Positions 25,061 through 37,533 of a stretch of 64,000 nucleotides of DNA are shown here, one piece after another. Both the position numbers and the translations under genes were made by a program. Location: contig NC_043004.1 of NCBI RefSeq assembly GCF_006345805.1, positions 103,912,001-103,976,000 on the forward strand, written 5' to 3'. Position 1 is the first letter of the stretch, and each line of letters opens with the position of its first letter. Below the pieces are notes generated by a model. That model was given only the letters and a program-made list of their open reading frames with translations. It was not told where the DNA came from and did not search any database. This stretch comes from Octopus sinensis. Taxonomy: Eukaryota.

Positions 25061-26128
25061 ATGTAAAAAACCAGACTGGATTAGTTTATGCGCGACTCCA
25101 TTTTCTCCCGAGACAAAAGGACATTTAGAGGAAAAAAGATGGGATGGTCATGGCTGGAACATTTTTTACCATAGATACTCTAGATTACCTGACTTCGTGT
25201 CCTATCCACTTTTTTTTTCTTTAGAATAGTCGGGAGTAGGGAGCAACATTCGGGACCTTCTTTTTGACTGGTGTTTTGTTTTGTCAACCCCCGAAAGGAT
25301 GAAAGGTAAAGATGTGTTCAAAATTCCGCCGAGGACAACTTCGCCTCGCATCGTTTCGGGTTCGATGGAGTAGAGTACCTGTCTTGTACGGGTGGGGGTG
25401 AGGTTGATGCGATCGACTACTAATCCACCCCACCCCCCCACCCCCGGTCTTCTCCCTAAATTTCAGATTTTGTGCTTGTTTGTAGGAGAAAATAACATAC
25501 ATAAATCAAAATCATGACCTTTGGTAGGCCCTCCAAGATCAGGTCAAACAACAACAACAACAACATCAGCAAATTCAGCAGCAGCAGCGGCGGCAAGAAC
25601 AAGAACAAGAACATCAACAACGACGGCTGCACCAGTGTCATCATGATCATCATCAACATCATCATCATCATCATCATTAGCATCGTCGTGATCATCATCA
25701 TCATGACAATCAACATCCATCATCATCATCATCATCGTCATCGTCATCAACAACAACAACAACGAAAACGAAACATGGTTTTGTTGTAGTTGCTGTTGAT
25801 ATTGTTTTTCCCACTCCTCCCTCGCTCACCCTCCTCCCCAGCTGACCTACGATCAAAGACATTCCATTTGTGATCCTCCCGTCTGTGTGTTTTCAGGCTT
25901 ACTGCTTGTTCTCTGGACAGCAAACTTATTCAATAATGATTTTATTTTGTTTTATTTATTGAATGTATCAAAAAGATGATTGGGTGTGGTCTGAGGGTGG
26001 TGGGGCGTGGGTGGAGATTTTGATTGCTATTTCTAACAGGTTCTGGTGACCACGTCGCAGAGAGGAAGGGACTCTATTATTGGCTCTTTGACGATGTTGG
26101 TTAGGTCGACGATGACGACGATGACGAC

Positions 26129-26166
<38 letters not shown>

Positions 26167-26182
26167 CGACGATGATGATGAC

Positions 26183-26229
<47 letters not shown>

Positions 26230-26389
26230 CGACGATGATGATGATGACGATGATGATGATGACGATGACGACGATGATGATGATGACGATGATGATGATG
26301 ATGATGACGATGATGATGATGACGATGATGATGATGATGATGACGACGACGATGATGATGATGACGATGATGATGATGACGATGACGAC

Positions 26390-26421
<32 letters not shown>

Positions 26422-27205
26422 CGATGATGATGATGACGATGATGATGATGATGATGATGACGATGATGATGATGATGATGACGACGACGATGATGATGAT
26501 GACGATGATGATGATGACGATGACGACGATGATGATGATGACGATGATGATGATGATGATGGTGGTGATGATGAAGATAATGATAACGATGGTATGATGG
26601 TGCTGACGATGATGACGACGATCGCCCTCACTACCACCATCACCACCACCACCATCACCACTACACCGACGAGAACCACGACCAAAGACAACGCTGCCGT
26701 CGATTGATGATGTTACTGATAATGATGACGATGAAGATGGTGATGGTGAACATGATGGTGATGATGATGATGATGACGACGACGACGACGACGTCCGCCG
26801 TCACAACCACCACCACCACCACGAATATGACAACGACGACCACGTCGATCACTTACCAACGACATCGACGACGATGATGATGATGATGATGACGACGGAA
26901 AGGACGACGAACACGACGGTCCCACCCACCCAGCCACCTCACTCTCCCTCCGCTCCTCGAGTACAACCAACGATGATGATGACGATGATGATGATTAAGA
27001 TGAGCTTGAAAAATTATGATGAGCCTGGCGATTATTCTGATGAGGATGATGAAGATGGTATCGATGATAATTATGATTTCGTAATAATAGTACGGCCGAC
27101 CGGAAGAAAGAGAGGGAGAAGGAGAGAGAGAGAGAGAGAGACAGAGACAGACAGAGAGACAGACAGACAAAGAAAGGGGTGAAGTTCTCCTCTGCTTTTC
27201 CCTGG

Positions 27206-27325
27206 TCTCTCCAGCTCCCTTATATTTCATTTCCCGTCGTAATGTCCCAGCAGAATCAGTTTTGTTGCAGGACTGCTGCAATCCCAACTGGCGCGAGTTC
27301 TGTGTGCGCATGTGCGCTCACGTAT
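27206..27325. promoter_or_regulatory. 120-bp block identical to 46096-46215; putative conserved regulatory element, copy 1
   Basis: Line-by-line comparison gives 120/120 identity. Contains a minus-strand aaatataaggg (TATA-like) and tgcgcatgtgcgc (NRF1-like). The duplication is certain; the function is inferred. Confidence 0.45.
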
Positions 27326-27345
27326 TTGTATGTGTGTGTGTGTGT

Positions 27346-27385
<40 letters not shown>

Positions 27386-27490
27386 GTGTGTGTGTGTGTG
27401 TGTGTGCGTGCGTGTGTGTGTGTGTGTGTGTGTATCTATCTATTATCTAAGGCACTAAAAGAGAATGACTCTCCCCCCCCAGACACGACA

Positions 27491-27521
<31 letters not shown>

Positions 27522-28523
27522 AACAACATACACATATATATATATACTTATACAAACATATATGTGTGTGTATGTGTATGTAAGGAATCGGACATTAAAC
27601 ATGGAAGCGACCAACCAACCCACCAACCAGCCATCATCATCATCATCAGTAGCAGCAGCACCGCCACCACCACAATCACCGTCGCCGCCGCCACCATTCC
27701 ATACCATCATCAACACAAACAGAATCACACCCTACCACTCCACCCCCAGACCGCCGCTACTGCTCCTACTACTACTACTACCACAACTACTAACACCACC
27801 ACCATTAACACTACAACCACAACCTCCACAACTAGCACCACTATTACCATCACTACCACTACTACTTCAAACACTACTACTACTACCACAACTACCTCAA
27901 CCACTACCACCATCACTTCTACTACTACTACTACCCATGCACCACACCACTTTCATCACCACCTCCACCATCATCACCACCACCAAAATCACTATCACCA
28001 CCACCACCACCACCACCAAAATCCCAATGTATCACCATCACCACCATCACCATGCCACCACCACCACCACCTCCGCCAACCCCTCCACTACCATGCCGCC
28101 ACCACACCACCACCACCTCCGCCAACCCCTCCACTACCATGCCGCCACCACCACCATCTCGGCCATCCCAACCATTGTGGGTTCTTGCTGCATTCCTCAT
28201 TACTTACTGCAGATATCCCTTGTAATACAGAGACGGTTCCACAGCCTCCTTTACAGACAACGGCAATAAGGGAGCCCCTATTTGGCATCTCGACATACTA
28301 GAAATAGCAGTCGAATTTCTCTCATATTACAATAAAGTAAAGAAGAAACTTTTTTTCATAAAAAGGAACTTAAGTAAATGTCTAATGATAACTAGGGACG
28401 CCTTTGGCAAAATATTTAGGGAAGGCGGACGTGGGACCAGATAACGACAAGATATACATAGATACAGGCGCATAACAAAAAAATCTATGCTCCCACACAT
28501 ATTTACAATCAGATGCACATATT

Positions 28524-28584
<61 letters not shown>

Positions 28585-28643
28585 CTTGTACATACGCTCA
28601 GATATATCCATACGCATACATACATATGCATATTTTTACCTAC

Positions 28644-28862
28644 AAGGCGGCGAGCTGGCAGAAACGTTAGCACGCCGGGCGAAATGCGTAACCGTATTCC
28701 GTCTCCCGCTACATTCTGAGTTCAAATTCCTCCGAGGTCAACTTTGCCTTTCATCCTTTCGGGGGCGATAATTTAAGTACCAGTTGCGTACTGGGGTCGA
28801 TCTAATCGACTGGCTCCCTCCGCAAAAATTTCGGGCCTTGTGCCTAGAGTAGAAAAGAATAT
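28644..28862 (+). mobile_element. SINE family A2, full length
   Basis: aaggcggcgagctggcagaaacg...gtgcctagagtagaaaagaatatt. Confidence 0.9.
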
Positions 28863-29071
28863 TCTTAACCGCACGCACCCACACACACACACCACACCAC
28901 ACACTGACATTCAACTATTCACAAATTACACATACTAACACACACACATACATACAAGCGTTCTCTTCTCTTTCTCTCTCTCTCTCTCTCACACACACAT
29001 ACACACAAACACACATATGCTCGCGCACAAAAAGTCATACTTACACTCACATACCTTGCCTTATACATATA

Positions 29072-29559
29072 CAGTAATCCCTCGACTATCGCGGGGCTAT
29101 TGTCTAAAGACCCTCGCGATAGGTGAAAATCCGCGAAGTAGAAACAGTACTATATTGCATATTTTTAAAATCATTTTTATAATTTATTCTTTTATTCTTT
29201 TACTTGTTTCAGCCATTTGACTGCGACTATGCTGGAGCACCACTTTTAGTCGAGCAAATCGACCCCAGAACCTACTCTATCGGTCACTTTTTACCGAACC
29301 GCTAAGTTACGGGGACGTAAACACACCAGCATCGGTTGTCAAATGATGGTGGGGGACAAACACCCACACACCCACACACAAACATACATACATACGTACA
29401 TACACACACACACACACATATATATACTACGGGATTCTTTCAGTTTCCGTCTCGTGGGACGACGCAAAACCACAGAGGAATGGACGGACGTAAGCGTAAA
29501 TAATAAACCGCGATAAGTGAACCACGATAGGTAAACCGCAATATGTGGAGGGATTACTT
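29072..29559. mobile_element. Tigger/pogo-type MITE with TA TSD, interrupted by a 5'-truncated SINE B (-, ~29195-29455)
   Basis: Ends ta|cagtaatccctcgactatcgcgg and ggagggattactt|ta. The same family occurs at 40517-40690 and 56825-56940. Confidence 0.7.
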
Positions 29560-30169
29560 TAGTCACTTTTTCTAATCTCTCAGTGACACTCACACTCACG
29601 CAAGCACTCTCACTCATATTTAATACAAAATTTATATTGGAATCAATTCAAGTTTTATACTTCCTATTAACGATAGTCTTGGAATTTATCTTAGCTTGTC
29701 GTCGTCGGCGTTGCTGTTGTTGTTGTTCTTTTTCTTTTTCCAATCAGGACTCACGCCATTAACCACAAAGAATAATCTCTAATTCGAGCCTACTCTAAGC
29801 TACTAAGAATGCGTGTGGTAACTTGAACATCCACCCCACCACACGTGATAGACTGGTGGTTGCACGGGCGCGAAAGCTACGTTGTTATCCTCATTCCGTA
29901 AACGGTGGCTTTTAACGGGTGGAGAGCTGAACCATCCTGGGGTACAGAGGATTCGCAATCTAGACTAGGTCTGAAAGTTTACCACACCATAAGGGTGTTA
30001 CATCATGGTTCCTCTGCTTTGTGGCAGAAGTAGGAAGAAAAAGTGAGAGAAAGTTGTGCTGAAAGAATATAGCTATGGTCCACTCAGAGAGATCACGTGT
30101 GACAGGGTTGTTTCACGTGAATATATCTTAACTATATTTTCTTGCGCGAGGAATTTGTCCAAGAATTTG

Positions 30170-30450
30170 TTCCTTCTCGCGCCGTGTCTGGCTCATTAGG
30201 GCCGGTTTTCCGGTTTCCTTGGCGTATAGGTTCCCCACCTGGACGGGACGCCGGTCCGTCGCAGGTGAGCTGCATGATGCAGGAGGAAATAGTGAGAAAA
30301 AGTTGTGGCGAAAGAATCAGTAGAAGTTCGCCATCACCTTCTGCCGGAGCCGCGTGGAGCTTAGGTGTTTCGCTCATAAACACAACATCGGCCTGTCTGA
30401 GATTCGAACTCGCGATCCCTCGACCGCGAGTCCGCTGCTCTAACCACTGG
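30170..30450 (-). mobile_element. tRNA-derived SINE family C2
   Basis: Minus strand: head agccagtggttagagcagcggactcgcggtcgagggatcgcgagttcgaatc, body acctgcgacggaccggcgtcccgtccaggtgggg, 3' end gaaaccggaaaaccggccctaatgagcc. Confidence 0.75.
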
Positions 30451-31629
30451 CTCGTGTGCTCCCACAGTTGTCCAAGAGTAGGTAAAAAGAAAGTGATATA
30501 AATTTGTGAGCAGAGGAGTGTGGAAGGTTTACCATTCTGTATGCTCTCTGAAGACGTATGATACGAAGCTCTGATCAGTGAACTGGGTAATATCTGGTTT
30601 ATCAAGAGAGACAAAAATATACGGTAAGTCTACCACCATTCCGGGATTGGGGGTAGCGCAAAATATCAAGTAGAGATAGTAATATTTACATCCGGCCATA
30701 GTCTTGTTCGACAGTAGAAGGATCAGTAGAAACCAAGGGTGATAGTCCAAGGTACTGACTGCAACAATGACCCCTACCTGACCTGTTTCCACCTATGTAG
30801 TGCAATATGGGTGCATGGTTAATGCGGAGATAACGAGGAACGATATATACTCTGAGTCAATATTGATTTGGAAATCCTTATGACCCCTCGTGACAACAGT
30901 CATTCCATCACTGTGTCCCTGCTGCGGGCGCAGAAACATATCATGTACAATGAGGTTGATTGTCCAGACATAAACTACCAGATATTATACTTGTGGTAGT
31001 AATGACCACTGGGAATCTTTCCGCCCTGAGCAGCTGGAAGAAAGAAAGAGAGGGAGAGAGGGGGGATCAACTAGAGCCACCGCGGTCTCCTGGGGCTGCT
31101 ATTCATACAGCACTGCTAGCGAAGCTCCGGAAATGGTGGAGAGTCTCGCTTCTTTGATACCATAGCAAACGATGCTGTAGCTCCTATCCTCTCAGTAATT
31201 CAACTCCATCCACTTGCAACGATAGAGAGCGAATGGAAAAAACAGAAATGTAATAGACAGTTGTTGAGAAAAAAAAGGGGGCGGGGGAAGAAAAAGAAAC
31301 GAGGTCAACGAGAGAAAACAGGTTTGTGGAAGACACGAAGAACCCCCTCTACGGAAAAAATAAGTAACATGCTCCAATTTGGTCGTCGATAAAACTGATA
31401 AAACGATGTTTGAAGTGGAAGGCATAAAGCTGATATACAGATGACAGGCAAATGATAGCATGTTGTTGCAGGCCATATTAATAATACCTACACTATCAAT
31501 CAGTCTTGGAATTGGAGCCACTTAACGAAGCAGATCCACCCCCAGTTCCATCTCAGCGATCAGAGACAACAGTTCTTATGAAGATTCCGCTAATGATATG
31601 GAAGTTGGTCGTTCCAGTTGCCTACATCT

Positions 31630-33120
31630 GCTAAGTCAGAGTTAAACGACTTGGTGTGCAATCTGGAATTAACAAAAGAAAAGGTAAAAGTGCTTTCTTC
31701 CAGACTTCAAAGAATGGAATCTTTTTCAACCAAATAGTATACTGCCCTATTTTCTCCATCCTCATATGAAGCATTCATCGTTTTATTTAATGAAAAGCGT
31801 TTGTTTCTACAGTGATGTGAGTGGTGTCTGATACAAGAGATTGACCGTAAATGTGATCCTAAGAAACCGAGAAAAGTGCGTCGTGAAGTTGTCTTGGTTA
31901 CTTGTGTAGCTCAGAGTGTTTGCTACCCGCTGCAGCTCATACGTTTGCCGCCACTCCTTCAACCCACCCGCTGTATAGGCTTATATAGCAAATCCAAAAG
32001 TGTTGCCCCCTTAGAAACCGCTCCCTCGCCATACTCCCATAGCTAAGAGTGCCAATGAGAAACCTTCGATATTTATAGCAGATGCCAGTGACCTGAATGA
32101 ATCTCATGAAACCGTAGAACAACTGCTAAAGGCTCATCAAATACAAGGAGCAGACAGAGATTCTTGCAGCAACCTTAAAGATATTGTTGCTTCTTTGTGT
32201 ACGTTTGGGTTACACAAATCATATGTGTTTCTTGTGTCTGAATAGCAGAGACGATAAAAACAAATATAAGAGCACTCAGAGAGCCCAAGCCTCCGCCAAG
32301 GCAACACCAACGTCCTCTCAACGATTAGCCAGAGATGATTTTTAAAATGAGAATATCTGAAATAAACTCGACTGCTCTCACAAACGAGAATAGCAAAAAT
32401 GAACCTGACCAATCTCAAAAAATTAAGTAAAAAAAATAAAAAAATAAAAATATTCCAGAATCATTGTCCGGTACCGGATCGATCACAACATTTAATCAGT
32501 GCATGCCAGTCACGAGGCCAAACATTCCTGAAAGCTTCATCCGAATTCATCCAGCAGTTCTTGAGATATCTTGTCCATGGACAAACAAACACAACTGAAA
32601 ACAGTACCTCCGCCCTCGTTAAGGCGGAGGTAATAAACCTGATAGACGATCTAGAAATGAATATAATGTACAACACTCAGCATTGGTTGATATCTTCCAT
32701 CACTTCACATTGGTATTAAACTCGTGAAATATTTTGTCATAGTTTTCAATATTTTAGGAACGAATTAAATGGAATACGGTCAGATGTAAAGATAAAGCTG
32801 AGATTTTCACTTTTCGATAAGTGTCCTCTATGACTCATTGTTCTCCACCAAAGTACTTGAAGACGGTATGTTTCGTTGAAGCTGTTAAAAACTTACTTGA
32901 GAATCACGGAGCTGGAAACTAATGTGGAAACTGGTATATAACATGCGAAGGTTGTAAGAAAGAATGGGGCTAGGGTGTCACCTAAACCTTCGGACTTCTT
33001 TCTTACCAACTTTAGAGCAATAAGAGATGAGTTTGATGAGTGTTTCCACTAGAAGATCATCGTCATGGCAGTGGATATCAAGGGAACTTCAACTGAGACA
33101 GGATAGGTGATTGTTACTGG
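31630..33120 (+). mobile_element. Fossil Chapaev3-like (CMC superfamily) transposase, frameshifted and twice interrupted
   Basis: Fragments KSELNDLVCNLELTKEKVKVLSSRLQ-EWNL; PSIFIA...ESHETVEQLLKA-IKY...GYTNHMCFLCL-NSRDD; LPSLHIGIKLVKYFV; SDVKIK; DFFLTNFRAIRDEFDECFH; YQGNFN..GDCYW. They follow, in order, the Chapaev3 motifs I recall (ELNDLVRDL..SK..AELL.SRL..WNL; GYTK..CFLC.W.SR; LPPLHIKLGL.K.FV; DFFP.NLGAVSDEHGERFHQ; RYQG...DYCW). Confidence 0.75.
32267..32634 (-). mobile_element. Helentron-associated non-autonomous element (HINE / DINE-1-like)
   Basis: Minus strand: 5' palindrome acctccgcc-ttaacgag-ggcggaggt, then (gttt)n, then a 3' subterminal repeat ggcggagg and a small hairpin gctctctgagtgctc. 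This is the HINE architecture. It splits the Chapaev-like coding relic. Confidence 0.7.
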
Positions 33121-33804
33121 TTCCAGGAAATGATAAACGAAGGGAGTTCAACAACGTTTCACTTCTCAATACGAATTTGCCTTTCGGTAACAGGAAAAAA
33201 TAAAAATAAAAGCGATGAGGTATTTGGTTACATAATTCTTGATGTTTGTAACAGAAGAAAGAATAAATAAATATGAATTTGTTGCCTGGTATAATTTACA
33301 GAGCATCAATCAGAAACAGCCCGAAAACATTGGATGGGTTTTTTTTAGTTCGGTCAATGGAAAAAAAGGTGTGGAAAAATACGACTGTCTCCGGTTGTAA
33401 TCAGTTTTAATATAATGAGGGTCATGGGTGGAAGTGTGGTGACATGTTCTAATCAGGCATAGCTTGTGAATTCGCCAAGTAGGTGACCCAAAGTCTTCAT
33501 TGTTTAGAGTAGTGGATATCAAAGTGGGCAGGACTGCCCCTTTGGCGGGGCGTAGGAAGATCCAGATAGCGTTGAAGAAAAGTGGGGCGATAATGGAATG
33601 GTCAAAAAGGGGCGATGGATGTAAAAACAACAAAATAGCAGTGTAATTAGGTTAAGTTTTATTTGTGAAATACAGTTGTTTTCAATTTGCTGGAGAAGGT
33701 GGTCTATATTTGTGGTACTGAGTGGGAGATTGGCGATAGGAATGTGGCTCGGGTGCCAAAGGAGTGGAAGCCCAAAAATTTTGGCGGGGGCCACTGGTTT
33801 AGAG

Positions 33805-33948
33805 CAGTCAAGGGCACACTGAGGTCCGCGAAACTTTCTGAATAGCGTGCATAATAAAAAAAGATTACCTTACTAAAGTATCGCGGCCCGCTAGATTACG
33901 ATTCCCTTCTCATGCGGCCCACTTCTCGAAAAATGTTGCCCATGCCTG
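33805..33948. mobile_element. Degenerate hAT (Charlie-like) MITE
   Basis: Ends cagtcaagggca and ttgcccatgcctg; internal gcggccc boxes; 8-bp flanks gtttagag / atataaag partly similar. Confidence 0.5.
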
Positions 33949-34122
33949 ATATAAAGTATTCTATTCATGTGTTTGTATATGATTTTATATTTCTTCTATA
34001 TTTTTCAATAAAGAATTTTTAATATATTCATTGTATAAACTCCACGTATATTATGTAGTCTCATCCGTGTTTTTCATAAACTTCGTATCAACATTTCAAC
34101 GTTATATTTTTATGTATATATT

Positions 34123-34316
34123 GGCGCAGGAGGGGCTGTGTGGTAAGTAGCTTGCTTACGAACCACATGGTTCCGGGTTCAGACCCACTGCATGGCACCT
34201 TGGGCAAGTGTCTTCTACTATAGCCTCGAGCCAACCAAAGCCCTGTGAGTGGATTGGTAGACGGAAACTGAAAAAAGTCCGTCGTATATATATAATATAT
34301 ATATATATTATATATA

Positions 34317-34352
<36 letters not shown>

Positions 34353-34624
34353 TGTGTGTGTGGTGTGTGTGTAGTATGTATGTATGTATGGTATGTATGT
34401 ATGTATGTATGTATGTATGTACGTTTGTGGTGTCTGTGTTCTCTTTCTGCCCCCACCATCGCTTGACAACCGATGCTGGTGTGTTTGCGTTAGCGGTTCG
34501 GCAAAAAGCGACCGATAGAATAAATACTAGGCTTACAAGGAATGAGTTCTGTGGTCGATTTGCTCGACCAAAGGCGGCGCTCCAGCATGGCCGCAGTCAA
34601 ATGGCTGAAACAAGTAAAGGAATA
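34123..34624 (+). mobile_element. SINE family B, full length
   Basis: ggcgcaggaggggctgtgtggtaag...ggctgaaacaagtaaaggaataaa. Confidence 0.9.
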
Positions 34625-34952
34625 AAACGCCCTTGTGGCAAATAAAACAAAGTTGCTTTTGTTGTTGTTGTTGTTGTTGATGATGATGATGATGATGTTG
34701 TTGCTGCTGCTGTTGAAGTTGATTTCCGAGATACGGCGGGATGTTAGAAGACTGCAGACTATGGCTTCGTTAAAAGCTGTTCCCGAGTCTTTGAATATTA
34801 GAAGTGTGTCAGTGAAACTCATTCCCAGAGGCAACGCGGCTATCAGTGAATCTGCATCTCCCCTGCTACACATATAGGCAGGTGTAGCTACAATGTAAGT
34901 ATTAATCTCTATACATACATTCATATCTATATATATATATATATTAATATAT

Positions 34953-34995
<43 letters not shown>

Positions 34996-35147
34996 TACAT
35001 ATACATAAAATATGTAAATGCTTATATATGTACATACACACAAATATATATACATATATATACATATATACTTGCATGTATGTATGTATGTATGTATGTA
35101 TGTGTGCGTATGTGTGTATGCATGAGCATGTATATATATATATGTGT

Positions 35148-35183
<36 letters not shown>

Positions 35184-35879
35184 TCTGTCTTTATCAGACT
35201 AGCTAAAGGGGTTGTTTAAACAGCAAAACGGAAATATCTGTGAAGGGAGTGGAAGATAAGCCACCCCACCCGCCCCAAAATTCTTTCTTAAGAAACATTC
35301 GAATGAATGATGTTAGAGATTTAGTGACAAACATTCTTTTTCCTTAAACAATTCCATGAAAAACAATTTTTTTAATCAATGAAATATCACCGAAGGTAGC
35401 TTGGTAGAACTTTCAGGGCGTCGGACAAAATCCTTTGCAATCTTTGTTCCGTCCATATATTCTAAGTTCAAATCCCGCCGAAGTCAAATTTGACTTTTAT
35501 CGTTCCGTGATCTAAAAGAACTAATTACCAATGAAATACTGCAGTCAGTTTAATTGGCTAATCTATCAGCCAAAATGTATGGCTTCTTACCTATTCACTT
35601 GGAGTATGCTTCTATACCCGTTCCAAAAATCCTCTGTTAAATATGTTTTAAAATGATTTTTTAGTAGCTAGTTTGGATCTGAAGAGGAGAGTAGTGGGCA
35701 CAGAAGTTAGTCTGTTTGTTGTCTCTCCTACCCCACATATTAACAGAATCGCTAGTCAGCCTGCTCTCTCTGTCTCTCTGTCTCTCTCTTCCTCTGTCTC
35801 TCTCTTTCTCTCTCTCTCTCTCTGTCTTTCTGTTTCTCTCTCTCTCTCTCACTCTCTCTCTCTCTCTCTAAATATTCAG

Positions 35880-35945
35880 CGAATAACGTCGCCGCCGCCA
35901 TCTTACTCACGAAGCGCAAGATCACCATCTCCCCCAGCAAGCAAT
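35880..35945 (+). other. Candidate 66-nt internal exon
   Basis: (CT)n tract then attcag| acceptor and aat|gtgagt donor. Length is a multiple of 3 and two frames are open: RITSPPPSYSRSARSPSPPASN and NNVAAAILLTKRKITISPSKQ. No partner exons established. Confidence 0.25.
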
Positions 35946-36580
35946 GTGAGTTTAGAGTTGCAGGCGCCAATCCCCGTGTGATGCGCCCCCCAAGGGAGCC
36001 AAGAAAGCAACACCGTTGTTGTTGTTGTTGTTGTTGAAGAAGAAATACAGGAGTAGCAGCACCGAACAACAAAAGCAATATTAAAAGCAGCAGCAACAAC
36101 AACAACAACAACAACAACGGCCAACAACAACACCTGCATAATGCCGAAGAACTCCTTTCTCATTTAGCAACGTAGCAAATACATGGACTCAACATTAGCC
36201 CAAGGGCAAAAGTAAAGCCATAAAGAGCTATAAACGATGACATTGCTCGACCTCGTGTCGGTAAATGTTGTCGGTAAAAGAAGTTAACGACACGAGCAGA
36301 GGAGCAGTTTTATGTAATAGCATAACCTGATAAATAAGAAAATAATACAGTACGTTAGCTCAGACTGGGAAATACCTAAAATGGATCACTGAAGGATACG
36401 TAACGAGGGAGAAAACACAAGACTGTGGCGGAAATTTGCCATAGTGGTACGCAGAATCTTCGCTACAAATGGTACTCTTAAGTTTGCGATATCACCCTAC
36501 ATGCTTACATAGGACGACGCATTGCAATAGTGACTGTGACCAACATACTAACTCACAGAGACTAACTCGAAGTGGGAACA

Positions 36581-36996
36581 TTACTCTTTTACTCTTTACT
36601 CTTTTACTTGTTTCAGTCATTTGACTGCGGCCATGCTGGAGCACCGCCTTTAATCGAACAACTCGACCCCGGGACTTATTCTTTTTGTAAGCCCAGTACT
36701 TATTCTATCGGTCTCTTTTGCCGAACCGCTAAGTAACGGGGACATAAACACACCAGCATCGGTTGTCAAGCAATGCTAGGGGGACAAACAACAGACACAC
36801 AAACACACACACGCATATATATATATACATATATACGACGGGCTTCTTTCAGTTTCGTCTACCAAATCCACTCACAAGGCATTGGTCGGCCCGGGGCTAT
36901 AGTAGAAGACACTTGCCCAAAATGCACCTAGTGGGACTGAACCCGGAACCATGTGGTTGGTTAGCAAGCTACTTACCACACAGCCACTCCTGCGCC
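36581..36996 (-). mobile_element. SINE family B, full length
   Basis: Reverse complement of the B consensus with an (aagagtaa)n tail. Confidence 0.92.
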
Positions 36997-37498
36997 TAGT
37001 AGAAGAATACAAGCTATAACGATGATATTTTTCGACCTGGTGTCGTAAATGTTGTCGGTAAAAGAAGTTAGCGATGCGAACAGGGGAGCAGTTACATACA
37101 GTTGCATAAACCGATAGATAAGAGAATATTATAAGCTAGCTCACGTCCATGAAGTTCCAGTCGATCTTAGCCATATTCCTGGATGGTTTAGCGTCGGGAA
37201 TTGAGAATAAATCATGATGGTGGTCGAGGGCGGAAACCCACATGCTAAACCTGCTGGAAATCAAATGACTTTAGAATATTCTAAAATGGTACCCATTCTC
37301 CTTTGCGGTCATAAGGCATTTTGGGAGATGGATTTTCTACGGGGTGCATGCCCTTGCTTACCCCTAACCTCAGTTTTTAGATATGAGTGGTCGCGAGATA
37401 AAGGCCTTTACCATGATATTTAAGAAATGTGGTGGAAAACTAACTCTTGAAGGCAGGGACGCTTCTTCCTGAGACCCCTTTCGGAACCCCCTACCTAT

Positions 37499-37533
<35 letters not shown>

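Larger units (their letters stand above)
22060..25560 (+). mobile_element. Cluster of degenerate copies of a headless ~200-bp retroposon-like family (E) ending in (AAC)n/(ATC)n
   Basis: Recurrent motifs ctagaaatagcagccaaatctccc (22062, 22434, 22679, 23673) and aagacaggatggtca.ggctggaa.gcctttgatcata (22203, 22333, 22800, 25137). Further copies near 9140(-), 26015(-), 28298(+) and 50740(-). Confidence 0.6.
20590..28200. repeat. 7.6-kb island of triplet microsatellites (AAC, ATC, ACC, ACT, GAT) with interspersed short elements
   Basis: Read directly; it accounts for the dense homopolymeric ORFs in the track. Confidence 0.9.

Noticed and set aside
27207-27311. Shared peptide MRTQNSRQLGLQQSCNKTDSAGTLRREMKYKGAGE as a duplicated coding exon
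   Set aside because: No synonymous differences to indicate coding constraint, no convincing splice donor, and both ORFs run on into microsatellites. Kept only as a non-coding duplication.
30548-30580. Hammerhead at ctctCTGAAGAcgtatgatacGAAgctc
   Set aside because: It lacks the third A, stem III and the 3' strand of stem I.
34715-34900. Possible exon ending at aat|gtaagt
   Set aside because: All three plus-strand frames have stops before the donor, and the acceptor is poor.
35903-36163. Minus-strand ORF with a signal-peptide-like N-terminus (MRKEFFGIMQVLLLAVVVV...)
   Set aside because: The hydrophobic run is a (GTT)n microsatellite, and the rest has no recognisable motif.
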